Assembly (NCBI GenBank): GCA_964016885.1
Contig: OZ024740.1
Location: 417,818,001-417,882,000 of the forward strand
Reading direction: 5' to 3'
DNA: 64,000 nt
Origin: Eledone cirrhosa
Lineage: Eukaryota
The notes under the pieces were generated by a model. The model made no database searches and had not been told where the DNA came from. It worked only from the letters and a program-made list of their open reading frames with translations. Numbering within the stretch: the stretch's first letter is position 1; the number at the start of each line of letters is the position of its first letter. The translations under genes and the position numbers were made by a program. Below, piece by piece: positions 28,399 through 43,319 of this stretch.

Positions 28399-28464
28399 TA
28401 TTTTATTATATATATTTCAAGGGCAACCAAGGCAAATTATGGTGCACTTTCATCAGATAAAATA
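28399..28464 (-). ncRNA. Type I hammerhead ribozyme (family D-related)
   Basis: TATTTTAT-CTGATGA-AAGTGCACCA...TGGTTGCCCTT-GAAA-TATATA-TA-ATAAAATA. Confidence 0.82.
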
Positions 28465-28699
28465 CAGATTTGTTTTATAAATAAATATTGACATACCCGG
28501 AAAAAAAGACAACCTTAATGGTTGAAGCTTCAATCCCAACACATTAAATATAACCTCTGCATATAGTGTTACATAATATATATTTTCGATTCAAGATTAA
28601 GTTAGTTGACTTATATTAGTTTTAGTGGTTGCTCTGTTTTCAAAGGTAGTTGATTTTACAAAGCTGTTGATACGAGAACAAAACACAATGTTAAGGGGA

Positions 28700-29310
28700 A
28701 CAAAAAACACTATTAAAGGGAACAAAAAAAAAAAATGAAAAGAAGAAATGGAAAAATAGAATTAAGCAAGGGAGAAGGAGGACATACGCTATACCCCAGT
28801 CTGAGTGGTGCCCCACCTTCACCCCCGCGGACAAAATGGCAAAGGCATTACCGTGGAGAATGGCCAGAGACAACAGCCATTCCACTTTCTTAACTGTCTT
28901 TCCTGTTTTACGGAGGGAATTAGCAGTGTGGGGACCAAGGACACTAGAGGTCTCGACGGAGACAGGTACAAAGAGGAAGCGGTCGGTCAGGCCCCGGTAT
29001 TTAACAATCTTCCTCTCTTCTGCATTGTGGGCAGCGGAGCGGAGCCCGGGTTTCGGGTTTGTGACTGAAGCGACAAGGAAAATCAAGCGACAAGAAAATG
29101 AGACTGAAGCGACAAGGAAAATGTGTCGCAGCCCGGCGCCTCCCAAATTAGGGATTTGTTCCCATCAAAACAGAAGAGAGTTAATTGGTCAGGGTGCTTG
29201 TCATCGCCACGTTCGAGGTCAGTCGATTCCAATTGTAACGGGAAATCGGCTGCATCGAAGCTCCTGTTGGGTCACGTGGCGTAACAGGAACGCCGGTCTG
29301 CATTAAGGCG
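28700..29310 (-). mobile_element. CRE-like non-LTR retrotransposon 3' fragment (restriction-like endonuclease)
   Basis: LESTDLERGDDKHPDQLTL..SLIWEA; AEERKIVKY..L...FVPVSVET..LG; LSLAILHGNA. Confidence 0.75.
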
Positions 29311-29549
29311 GCAAGCTAACGTATGCAGACGATGTTCCTTAAATGTTGCCCCCCAAAAATGTTTTAATTTATGTAATCTTAAGCGCAAATTCTTTGTCTA
29401 AAATAAAATAACTTCCAGCAAATTTTGTGAACTAGAACCCGCAAAACAAAAGACTATATTTTCTTGTATAAATCACAAAAGAGTAAACATTTGCTGTCGT
29501 TAACGAAGAACACTGAATCATAGAAAACATACAGGTAAACACAAGACAA

Positions 29550-29816
29550 TCATATACATATTAAACATATATATATACGATATATATATTAAACATATAT
29601 TTACTATATACATATTAAACATATATATATATACTATATACCTATTAAACATATATACTATATACATATATATACAATATACATATTAAACATATATATA
29701 TACAATATACATATATATATATATATAATATACACATTAAACATATGACAATATACATATTAAACACATATATAATATACATATTAAATATATATATATA
29801 TATACAATATACATAT

Positions 29817-29869
<53 letters not shown>

Positions 29870-30643
29870 CATACATATTAAACATATATATATATATAAC
29901 ATACATATTAAACACATATATATAACATACATATTAAACATATATATATAACATACATATTAAACATATATATATACAATATACATATTAAACATATATA
30001 TACAATATACATATTACATATACACTATATACATATATATACAATATACATATTACATATATATATATATATATATACACAATATACACATTAACCATAT
30101 ATATATATATATATAATATACATACTAAACATATATATATATACAATATACACATTAACCATATATATTTATATATATGGTGGCTGCCAACTCGTTTTCA
30201 AGTACGGCCACTACTTTATATCCATGTAGGAGAACCCCTACCGATGCGCTGAACGAGTGTGACTTTAGTCCAGCCAGCGACTTGAAAACTCTGTTACAAA
30301 TGCTACACTTGTGACAATTATTGACACATAGTGCTGGGCCCATGGTACCATGTGATGACAAGTGCAGAGAGATCTCCAGATATAAAGCAATGCCTGTGCC
30401 GTGAAGCTTTTATAGTGAGCAAAGGCACTGCACAAAGCCAGTCCCACTCTCTTGACCAAGATGATATTTACCAAAAAGAAGAACAAGTCAACATCATTGG
30501 ATACCATCAGGATAGCAGGTGTTATATCAGAGTTTTCCTTCTCCTAGAATTCTGCCTTGACAAAGGCTAAGGGGTCATCTCTCTCTCTCTCTATATATAT
30601 ATATACATACTAAACATATATATATATATAATATACATACTAA

Positions 30644-30677
<34 letters not shown>

Positions 30678-31660
30678 CATACTAAACATATATATATATA
30701 ATATAATACTAAACATATATATATATATATAATATACATACTAAACATATATATATATATATATAATATACATACTAAACATATATATATATATATAATA
30801 TACATACTAAACATATATATATATATATAATATAATATACATACTAAACATATATATATATATAATATACATACTAAACATATATATATATATATATAAT
30901 ATACATACTAAACATATATATATATATGTATAATATACATACTAAACATATATATATATAATATACATACTAAACATATATATATATATGTATAATATAC
31001 ATACTAAACATATATATATAATATACATACTAAACACATATATATATATATATATAATATACATACTAAACATATATATATATAATATACATACTAAACA
31101 CATATATATATATAATATACATACTAAACATATATATATATATATATAATATACATACTAAACATATATATATATATATAATATACATACTAAACATATA
31201 TATATATATATATAATATACATACTAAACATATATATATATAATATACATACTAAACACATATATATATATAATATACATACTAAACATATATATATATA
31301 TATATAATATACATACTAAACATATATATATATATAATATACATACTAAACATATATATATATAATATACATACTAAACATATATATATATATGTATAAT
31401 ATACATACTAAACATATATATATATATAATATACATACTAAACACATATATATATATATATATAATATACATACTAAACATATATATATATAATATACAT
31501 ACTAAACACATATATATATATATATATAATATACATACTAAACATATATATATATATAATATACATACTAAACATATATATATATATATATATAATATAC
31601 ATACTAAACATATATATCTACAATATACATATTAAACATATATAATACAATATACATATA
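29550..31660. repeat. AT-rich minisatellite ATATACATA(T/C)TAAAC(AT)n interrupted by an RTE-derived element
   Basis: Units of ~22-32 bp; TATT variant left of 30170, TACT variant right of 30600. Confidence 0.92.
30177..30577 (-). mobile_element. Bipartite non-autonomous RTE-derived element
   Basis: RTE-like 5'UTR joined to a 3' end encoding CSICNRVFKSLAGLKSH; near-identical copy at 35143-35552. Confidence 0.7.
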
Positions 31661-31924
31661 TATAGATTATATATTCAATATACACAAACATATATATACC
31701 ATATACATATTGAATGACCATACAATAGCAAATGAGGTGAGAATGAAAGAAGTAGAAGGGAATGAAGAGGTATTAATAGAGAGTGAAAAAGAGAGTAACG
31801 ACAAATATGAATGAAAAAGGAATGAAATAAGAGAGTGGGAAAATTTAATACAAAAAAAGAAAGCAAACATTTGTGAGAGTGAGGGAGAGGGAGAGAGCGT
31901 TGTATGGTTGTATAGTCTCAGTAC

Positions 31925-31958
<34 letters not shown>

Positions 31959-31992
31959 AAATATATATATATATATAATTTATGTTAGGCTG

Positions 31993-32067
<75 letters not shown>

Positions 32068-32139
32068 TCTGTAGGTGTGTGTGTGTATGAGGATTTAGCG
32101 CTAGAAGATCAACAGTAGATATGGTTTTCTCCCTCCACC

Positions 32140-33260
32140 ATATCTCAGAATTATGCCGAGAATAGCAAATGTTCTTGTACATTGCTTTCATCGACCTCAC
32201 TAAGACGTTTGTCCTGGTCAGTCGATCAGAAGATCGGTCGTCCAGCAGCACTGCGGGGTATAATAGAGACCTTCTACATCAACATGAAGGGGACAGTGTG
32301 GTCCAATAGTAGCTAATCTAGGCCCTTCAACATCCACAACGGTATCAAACAACGTTGCATCCTCGCTTCCTCACTCTTCTGAATCTTCTTCACTGTGCTG
32401 CTAAGACATGCTTTCGACAGAACAACAGAAACGAAAGTGATGTCTGTGTCCTCTAGATCTGACGTCATGCCCATCAGTCTATTTCACCTTAGAACCAAGA
32501 CAAACATTTGTAACACTCATTAGTGACATGTTGTTTATCGATGATCCAGCAGTTGTCAGCCATACTCCACAGAGCCTCCAGTCACTGAAAGACCGTATAT
32601 TACACGCCTGCAGAGACTTCGAGCTGACTGTCAATATAATTGTTTCTACCTTTGGCACAAGGCCAGCAATTACCCAGTGCATTACTGGTACTTATTTTAT
32701 CGACCCCGTAAGGATGAAAGGTAAAGTTAACCTCGGCGGGATTTGAACTCAGAATAGAAAGGGACGTAACTCTATGCGTCAAAGCATGGCGTCAGACCCT
32801 CTACCGATACTGCCAATCCACTGCTGACTGTCAATATAATGAAGACAAGCAGTGTGAGACAAGGAATAGAAACACTACCAATCATCACTATCGATAACTA
32901 TACACTATAACAGTCATTGATTAGTTAACATATTTTGGCTCTATCATCACTGACAACCCTCTCCTTAGACATGGAAATTGCCAAGAGGGTTGATAAGACA
33001 GCTTTAACTCTTAGACATCTCATGTCCCTGATGTGGACGAATCCAAAGCTGACAGTTAAGACGGTTAAGATGGCAGCCTACAATGTGTCATAATCACATT
33101 ACTGTACAGGAGTGAGACATGGCTTACATATGTCAGACAAGAGAGAAGAGTAAACACCTTTTACTTGAGAACTATCCTCCGTATCTTAAACATATCCTAC
33201 AGCGGTCCGGCCTTCTGCTGGACTTTTCAGCATGTATGCTCTACTCAAGCAGTGAAGACT
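32140..33260 (+). mobile_element. Decayed RTE LINE RT region, interrupted by a SINE
   Basis: LYIAFIDLTKTFVLVSR, GIKQRCILA, MLFIDD, FGSI, LLYRSETW motifs with stops and frameshifts. Confidence 0.8.
32638..32821 (-). mobile_element. SINE family 1 with TSD GCTGACTGTCAATATAAT
   Basis: TSD at ~32623-32640 and 32823-32840. Confidence 0.88.
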
Positions 33261-33992
33261 GAGATAATCCGATTCCTTGTGGATTCTAGTATAGGTAGGA
33301 ATGGCGCTCCCAGCATAGCAGAACTGCAGCACAGTAGGCTAGAGATTGCCACTTCCAGTGACATATTTCGCTGTAGAGTTTCTGGGAGATTTATCAAAGT
33401 GGGATATTGGAAGGTTTGACACGACCTTAGTGCATGCGCAGTGGTGTTTTAAGGTCGGGAGCAGTGTACGCACAACCGTCTCCACCCTTTACATCTGGGG
33501 GTTGTCTGTCAACCGGACGGTGACGGTGAGTTCCTCAGGTCGTAGGATTTACTTTGGAGTGTCCTTTTTGTAGGCAGTTGCCAACCAGGATTGAGGAGTC
33601 TGCCTCCCTTGTGACTCTGGTTAGATTTGAATAAGAGTTTTCTTTCTCCCAGGTAGGCTGCCCACCAAAGTTGATGAACCCCACCTGCTCAGAGATGTCT
33701 GGTTTTGGGGCGCCAGAGTCTCACCTTTCACACCACTGCCCTCTGTTTTAAACAGGGTTTGGCGTGGGAGGTCAGTGGGAGTTTGGTTAGGAGAGTCGGT
33801 TGGAGTCGCTATCCATATGGGGCATTTAGTAGATGAGAGGTGGCACAACTCCTCTCCCCACCCCGGTCATAATAATCCTTCTGACCTCCCCACACACATA
33901 CGTACATACATGATGGCTTCCCCCTCGTTATCGAGTATGGCCATTGCATGATATACCATTAATTCGGAAGCATTATTTAATGATATCGTGCG

Positions 33993-34175
33993 GTGGATTG
34001 GCAGTATCAGTAGAGGGTCGGACGCCATGCTTTCCATCATAGTTACGTCCCTTTACGATCTGAGTTCAAATCCCGCCGAGGTTGACTTTGCCTTTCATCC
34101 TTACGGGGTCGATAAAATAAAGTACCAGTAATGCACTGGGTAATTGCTGGCCTTGTGCCTAAAGTAGAAACAATT
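33993..34175 (+). mobile_element. SINE family 1 nested in an older RTE-derived element (33890-34420)
   Basis: Consensus match; TATCGTGC on both flanks. Confidence 0.85.
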
Positions 34176-34982
34176 AATTAATTCTATCGTGCAATGCCTG
34201 TGCGTGAAGATATTTTTTTAAAGTGAGGAAAGACTGTGCACTGAGCCAATCCCACTCTCTGAGCGACAGTAGCTATAACCCGAAAAGAAGAAAAGATCAA
34301 CATCATCGGTAACTACTGAGCCGCAGGTTTTATATCGGAGTTATCCCAGTTTCCTGAGTTGCCTTCTCCTAGAAGAATGCCCTGACAAAGGCTAGAGGCC
34401 CTTCACTCCCAGTGGTTTAACCGCGCGATCGGGTGTCCAGCCCGACTATTTCTATGTCCCCGTGCATATACATACACATGTACCCATGTTTCTACACATA
34501 CCCACACATATGTACATGTGTATATACATATTTACACACTTTTGGATGGCTGTTGACTCTTATAAGTTCTTCCGCCCTTTGTCAGGTTTTGTTTTTTGTC
34601 CTGCAGGGTGTCCAAAATCACCCTCCTCACAAAGTAAACTTGGTGGGGTTGCCGGTTTAGTCGCCGACCACCCGACCATGCGACAGGTTGTACTGGGTTA
34701 CATGTTACGAGTAGCAATCAAGGGTGACCCGACATACATACATAGAGCCCATGTGGGCGAAACATGTGTAAGAGCTATATAAATAACTTGTTTTAACTCC
34801 TTCATTTATTTGCTTATTCCTGCTCTACTTAAACCATACGCTAAATATTAACTTCCTCTAGTATTTAACTCTGCTAACCCAAGCATTGTGCATACTACGC
34901 TTCGGCTATTGGCATTTAGTAATCTGTATCTCACTTCTCTGTACTTCTCTGCTTCCTCCTCTCTTACGTTACTTATACCCTA

Positions 34983-35013
<31 letters not shown>

Positions 35014-35142
35014 CATACATACATACATACATACATACATACATACATACATAGGCAGATACATACATACATACATACATGCATACATACATACATACAT
35101 ACATACATACATACATACATACATACATACATACATACATAC

Positions 35143-35552
35143 ATGGTGGCTGCCAACTCGTTTTCGAGTACGGCCACTACTTTATATCCATGTAGGAGAA
35201 CCCCTACCAATGGGCTGAACGAGTGTGACTTTTTAGTCCAGCCAGCGACTTGAAAACTCTGGTACAAACACTACACTTGTGACAATTATTGACACATAGT
35301 GCTGGGCTCATGGTACCATGTGACGACAAGTGCAGAGAGATCTCCAGATATAAAGCAATGCCTGTGCCGTGAAGCTTTTATAGTGAGAAAAGGCACTGCA
35401 CAAAGCCAGTCCCACTCTCTTAACCAAGATGATATTTACCAAAAAGAAGAACAAGTCAACATCATTGGATACCATCAGAGTTGCAGGTGTTATATCAGAG
35501 TTTTCCTTCTAGAATTCTGCCTTGAGAAAGGCTAAGGGGTCATCTCTCCCGG
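35143..35552 (-). mobile_element. Bipartite RTE-derived element with (TATG)n tail 34985-35142
   Basis: Near-identical to 30177-30577. Confidence 0.7.
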
Positions 35553-35724
35553 TGATTTTGGATGGCCATTGACTCTTAAGAGGTCCTTTGCCCTTTGACA
35601 GGTTTTGTTTTTAGTCCTGTAGGATGTCCAAAGTCACCCTCCTCACCAAGAAACCTTGGTGGGGTTGCCAGTTTAGTCGCCAACGACCCGACCATGAGAC
35701 AAGTTGTACTGGGGTATATGTTAC

Positions 35725-36385
35725 ACGCATACATACACACATACATACATATATATTTACATACATACATACATATATATTTACATACGCACATACATAT
35801 ATATTTACATACATACATATATATTTACATACACACAAACATATATATTTACATACACACATACATATATATTTACATACATACATACATATATATTTAC
35901 ACACATACATACATATATATTTACATACACACATACATATATATTTACACACATACATACATATATATTTACATACACACATACATACATATATATTTAC
36001 ATACACACACACATACATATATATTTACATACACACATACATATATACATATATATTTATATACACACATACATATATATTTACATACACACATACATAT
36101 GTACATATATATTTACATACACACATACATACATATATATTTACATACATACATATATATTTACATACATACACACATACATACATATATATTTACATAC
36201 ATACATATATATTTACATACATACACACATACATACGTATATATTTACATACATACATACATATATATTTACATACATACACACATATATACATATATAT
36301 TACATACATACATATATACATACTTACATACATACACACATACATAGATACATACATACGTACATACATACATACACATAAACAT
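35725..36385. repeat. ACATATATATTTACAT-type minisatellite
   Basis: Direct inspection. Confidence 0.9.
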
Positions 36386-36559
36386 ATATATAATACTGTA
36401 TCTATATATGTAATTTGTCCGTTTGTCACATTAATGCTATGGTTTGTGAAAAACCTAAAAATATTTTATTAGAACTCATAGGACACAAACATAAGACAAC
36501 ATATGTGTGACACCCTGCCAACCTGCATGTCTATCTCTCTTTCTTTCTCATATATATGG

Positions 36560-36606
36560 CTTCTACAGAACTTGAATTGTTTCATTCGAAGGAAATCATC
36601 AGGAAA
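36560..36606 (-). ncRNA. Minimal type I hammerhead ribozyme
   Basis: TTTC-CTGATGA-TTTCCTTCGAAT-GAAA-CA..TG-TA-GAAG, adjacent to a TA run. Confidence 0.7.
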
Positions 36607-36778
36607 TTTATACTCTGCTATATATTGAGTAATTTACTTACTGTGGTTACCCTCTTTTGAGCCCGGGATACCCCCCCCCCCCCCCACACACACACACGTG
36701 TATCCTACGCTCAATCGGGGGTAACCAAGCATATATATATATATATATATATATGTAAAAGTGGATGAATACTTCAAC

Positions 36779-36845
<67 letters not shown>

Positions 36846-36970
36846 TGTGTGTGTGTGCGTGTGCGTGTGTGTGTGTGTGTATGTAAAAGGTAAACAGAAA
36901 TAACAACACAATCGGTACAGTATATGGAAGGAATATATTAGGTTAACACTTGAAATAGCAGGAAGAGCGT

Positions 36971-37005
36971 CTTAACGTTTCGGACGCTAGTCCTTTATCA
37001 GAAGA
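36971..37005 (-). ncRNA. Minimal hammerhead ribozyme with G8A
   Basis: TCTT-CTGATAA-A-GGACTAGCGTCC-GAAA-CG-TT-AAGA; a related intact 5' half CTGATGAAGGACTA lies at 5441. Confidence 0.65.
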
Positions 37006-37134
37006 AAGAATGAGAAAGAAGATAGATTGAAGGGATGAGTGAGGTGGAATTTGAAAAAATGTCTTTAGATAAAAATAACAGGTCCATTCATGTTGACATC
37101 TCTTGGAAAACTATATATGCACACACCCACACAC

Positions 37135-37250
<116 letters not shown>

Positions 37251-37762
37251 ATACAAAAACACGCACATAAATAAACAAATAAATAAATATATATATATTA
37301 TAAGAATATCCTACCCTACGGTTGGGCCCGTTACCATTTCTCTAGCAAATGAGAAATCATTTCTGTTTCATCTAATTTCGTTCAATTTGAACTCCATTAA
37401 ATCAAACAGATTTATTTCTCATTTACAATGGAAACGATAAAAGCTTAACCGTAGGGTAGAATGTCCTTTTTAATATCTACACTCTACCTTTCTTACTGGT
37501 AAGTTGAATAATGGCCTTAATAGTCTTAACTAGCAACATCTCTTCCACATAGATAGCAATTCAATGTCCCTATATAAATATATATATATATATATTAGAA
37601 TTGGTGCTCTGAAATGGCTATATATATATATATATATGTATATATAGTGTATTTTGCAATACACTGTATGCTTAATTAAAAGCATTTCGAAGACCTTATG
37701 CTATAGTTTTAGAGTAGTGACAGACTCACTTACTTTAATTTTCAGCAAACAGGGGGAGATAA

Positions 37763-37807
37763 AGTTGACAAGGCCTTGTTTCGCATTTATTGATGCTTAT
37801 CAAAGCC
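37763..37807 (-). ncRNA. Hammerhead ribozyme, U3-A8 variant
   Basis: GGCT-TTGATAA-GCATCAATAAATGC-GAAA-CAAGGCCTTG-TC-AACT; flanked by TTTCAGCAAA../..TTTGCTGAAA extension. Confidence 0.72.
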
Positions 37808-38329
37808 AACTACTCCTCCTTTGCTGAAATCATGGATGTTTGGTTCTTATAGAATTCTAGTAAATAATCAGGAACTGATTATACAGAGCGGTTGCCGGTC
37901 AAGTAGAAATTGAAAATTAGAATTGGTGCTCTGACATAGCTATATATATATGAATGTATATATAGTGTATATTCATATATATATACAGGTATTTCAGAGC
38001 ACCAATTCTAATTTTCATCAGGTATTCAATATATATATATATATATATATATTAGCACGAGCTCGCTATCTTACAGATAGCGTATTTGTCTTCTTGCACA
38101 TACGTTTGTATATTATAATAGAGAGACGTAGATATAAAAGAAAGGGGGACAGATATATTAAACAAGCCAAACTTCCTATTGGATGGGGGAGGGGTGACAT
38201 AAAAGCTTTGTCGACCTAGCTTATATATATATATATATGTGTGTAAGTATGTATCAGTCGTACTAAGAGTGAGAAATGAAATTTCATTTTTTCCATTTAT
38301 ATATATATATAGATAGATAGATAGATTAG

Positions 38330-39300
38330 ATATCTTTCTTTATTTGACACAGGGGCGTACAAAAATGGGACATTACAAGACGTGACGGCGGGGGTTTTAC
38401 ATAAAAGTAACTTTAACATTAATAAATAACAATAAACTATATATAATAAAATAACAATTGAAATCCCCAATAGGGGGGAACGTAACTGCAGGGTTGTTTT
38501 ACACCCCGTGGATAGAAGAACCCTCAACACCAGCAACACGTTTTGTAGGTGTTCCTGTCTTCCCTCTGTTTATATTCCTCAACCTACAGGTTTATATACA
38601 GAGAAGGCCCATTCACTCGGGCCATTTTCGCTACATTGACCCACCTTTCAGCGAATTTACTGGGGTGTAGCTCCTCTCTCTCCACTCTCACCTTCCTTTT
38701 GAAGTGGTACTTAAAGAAGGGGATAAGTTGTTGTCCGGAGAGAAAGGTGTTTGCCCTCACTCCTTTTAACCTCGTCCACCATATTACCTCTTTCGCCATA
38801 GCCACCAGACAGAGGAAAACCGTCTCTTCTTAAATGAACGCGGCGGGGTGATCCTCACGATGGACTCGGCTGACAACAGGATGCGTCCCACACGTGACAG
38901 CAGTTGTTCGACATAATTCCACAGGTCGGTCACCCCTGGGCACTGAACAATTGCGTGCAGAACGGTTTCGATGTCCTGCTCGCATCTTGGACAGGTCCTT
39001 TTGGCAGGATCTCTGCCAGGGCGTCCATGCCTGTAGATTTTGTCTCGAACTTGTAAAGCTCCTCGGTAGCACTACCAGGCCAGAGACCTCTGGAAGTTAT
39101 CTATAGGCCCTGGGCGGAAAGTCCTCCCGAACAGACTGGTCAGTTTGTTCTCCTCGATGCCTAGAGTTTCCCTGAGAACGTCGTCGCACTTATCCTCCAC
39201 TAATCCCCTATAGAATGTCGAAGTGGAGTCTCTGCTGATTGCCGTTTCCGCTTGGTAGAGGACTGTGAGCGCCTGTAGGCACTCGAGGTGCCAGGCACCA
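38330..39300 (-). mobile_element. L1/Tx1-clade LINE 3' fragment inserted in (GATA)n
   Basis: FQRSLAW, CPRCEQDIETVLHAIVQC zinc knuckle, AKEVIWWTR...FAERW; AATAAA then TATC repeats; GATA repeats on both flanks. Confidence 0.85.
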
Positions 39301-39917
39301 GATAGATAGATAGATAGATAAATATATAGATAGGTAGATAGATAGGTAGATAGACAGATATGAATAGAGATAGAAAGATAGACATATATGAATAGAGATA
39401 GAAAGATAGACAGATATGAATAGATAAACGATAGAAAAATAGATCGTCTCCTCATAACTTTATTAATGTTTATTTCAAGGAGGTAATTATGTTGATAAAA
39501 TTGGAAAAAACAATATGTCGTTTTAACCCACATAAACTACCAGAAGTAGTGTGGGATTTTAAATCTAAGGATTGCCAAACTTTATTTATAAAATACATCT
39601 TGTATATATAAACACAATTTATATCATAAATGTGATTTACAAAAAAGGTTAATTGAATAAGATATGTAGACAGACTGATGTGTCTGTAAATATAATTGGA
39701 ATTCTTCCTGTCTGTCTAAGGCCTGGAAGCTTCCGGTTACGCAAGCGCAATGATAATCAAAATAAGGAAAATGGTAACAATAATATTACGAATGCCTGCG
39801 TGTGTGGCTATACACGAGCTAAGAGAGGAAGTGTTTAACATTTTTTCAATCACACAAACCTATTGTCTGTAAAACAAAGTGAGATAACAGATTCTTGGCA
39901 TACACACACGCACAGGT

Positions 39918-40029
<112 letters not shown>

Positions 40030-40345
40030 TTAGAATAATGCTTGCTGCTAGGAGAACTATCATTAGATTCGAAAATAGTTACTGGGAACGAAAAAAACAG
40101 ACAGAATAGCTTCGATATCACAATGGGATCTAGCGACTCAGCTCAGGTAACAGACATAGTTGGAATATATATAGCGCATAACTTACATAAGGAATTTAAT
40201 AACCTCCAAAGAGGAATTTATAGAGACGACACACTTCTTTTAGCTAAGAACTTAAATAATAAAAACATGGAAAAATTACGGAAAAACATTAGTCTTCTTC
40301 AACAAACTAGGCCTAGGTATCACTTTCAAACTTAACTCGAACTTA
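40030..40345 (+). pseudogene. Neptune-like PLE RT core fragment between (TA)n tracts
   Basis: FDITMGSSDSAQVTDIVGIY...GIYRDD. Confidence 0.85.
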
Positions 40346-40361
40346 CACTATATATATATAT

Positions 40362-41550
40362 AACGAAGGAAATGTGGTAAGGAACCAGGTGGACCATAAC
40401 GCACCAAAGTACTCAATACTTAGGGTAGTAGAGTGGGTAATAGGAACGAGTAGGACCCCGACGGCTGAGCTCAGGCCGTTTCGACGGCTAATTCTGGACT
40501 AAATGAAAATTTTTATCCTGGTATTTGAATAGCCGAGCTTCTCAGGGGGTAATTCCATATATGGTAAAAGTGATTGTCACAAGGATTGGTCAAAAGTTTG
40601 TTGTTGAGACATAATAATTCTATCATGGCAATTTGTGGAGGGAAGGGGTAGCTGAATCTGCCAGTAGAAGAAAGACGGAGAGGGGGTGGAAGAAACCCAA
40701 TCGTGCGTTGATAGTGCCAAATACAGCTGGGCAGGAGGTCAAAGAAGATACTAGGAGGGGGGGGGGGTCGAAACGATAAGTAAAACAATATGGGATAAAA
40801 ATATAGAAAAATACCGGGAGTGTAAAAAACAATTAAATGTAAAAAAAAACAATTTCTGGTTACTATAACCTAAGGACAGCTATCAAGTCTCTCACTGGTA
40901 CTGCTGGACTAAAGAAAGGTTTACTAGGTGGGACGGAATTATAATGAGACCCTTTTAAGAGGTATAAGTAAACAACCGAATATATCTTACGGTGACGGGT
41001 CACCAAGTGTGTGTGTGTGTGGGGGGGGGGGAATACTAAAGAAACTACCACGAAACAATAATTCAGAGTCCCGAGACCAGTACGAAATAAAGGTTTCCAC
41101 CCCAGGCACAAGACCAGCAACCACCCGGTGCTAAAAAAAAAAAAAATATATATATATATAAACTAATACGAAATAATAATTCAGAATCCCGAAAAAGAGT
41201 ATTAATACTATCTCTAAGGGTGCCGCCACGATACAAAAAATCTAGTGCAAACTACATAAATGCTCGTACGAAGTATATGTAAAGTTTGATACGGAAAATT
41301 AATTCAGAACCCCCTCCCCCTAAATACTGATAAACGAGAAATTAAAGCAAAGATACCACTAAGAAATATAGAAAGCACGGAAGAGGGGCAGCCATCGGGT
41401 AAGAAGGCAAGTATCCGGGGTCTAACACATCTGCTATAAAAAGCGGAGTCGGCCAAATCTATCATAGAATAGGGGAAGGGGTGGGGGTACTGAGGCTACA
41501 AAGGACCGAGGGGCGGCCTCGGGTGGGCGAGAAAGTAAAAGGACGACGAT
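40362..41550 (-). mobile_element. PLE family B long non-coding copy
   Basis: 3' end matches the family B minis; complete HHR at 40455-40550; no ORF upstream; 5' boundary approximate. Confidence 0.65.
40455..40550 (-). ncRNA. Type I hammerhead ribozyme (family B), long stem II, core CUGAGAA
   Basis: ACCCC-CTGAGAA-GCTCGGCTA...TAGCCGTC-GAAA-CGGC-CTGAGCTCA-GCCG-TC-GGGGT. Confidence 0.72.
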
Positions 41551-41551
41551 A

Positions 41552-41638
41552 TGATATTTCTCTTAGTTGATAATTTATTAATATATCTTATCCTTTTATT
41601 GAGTTGATTACGTATTAGAAATAATTAATTTTATAAAG

Positions 41639-41670
<32 letters not shown>

Positions 41671-41757
41671 CTTTATAAAATTAACTGTTTCTAATACGTA
41701 ATCAACTCAATAAAAGGATAAGATATATTAATAAATTATCAACTAAGAGAAATATCA
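41552..41757. repeat. ~90-bp inverted repeat centred on a (TA)n tract
   Basis: 41552-41640 is the reverse complement of 41669-41757. Confidence 0.85.
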
Positions 41758-41903
41758 AAATTAAATTCTTCCAATATTGGTTATTCCAGTGACCTGGAAT
41801 TGCTGATATATTCTGAGTTCCAGAAACCATGGTGAGGGTATTATATAAGTTAAAACCGACTTTTTTTTGCCGATTTGAGAATAATATTTTGGCTTGCGCC
41901 TTA

Positions 41904-43101
<1,198 letters not shown>

Positions 43102-43319
43102 TCTATACTATAAAGCTGACGGCCGCATGTAAGTAACAAACTTTCCGCCAAGCGGCTGGAACAAACGGCACCAAATTTGCACCATAGATGTAACTTTTTC
43201 CAAGTAAGAAAGTGAGGGTATTTTTGTCTACTGAATTTTGTTAAAAGATTAAAGACATTATTTAAATATTCACTTCTTTAAAATTTCAAATGTCAACACT
43301 TCCGGTTATATGACATTCC

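Noticed and set aside
39510-39570. CCCACA/TGTGGG hairpin with HHR-like spacing
   Set aside because: Both G5 and G12 would have to be mutated
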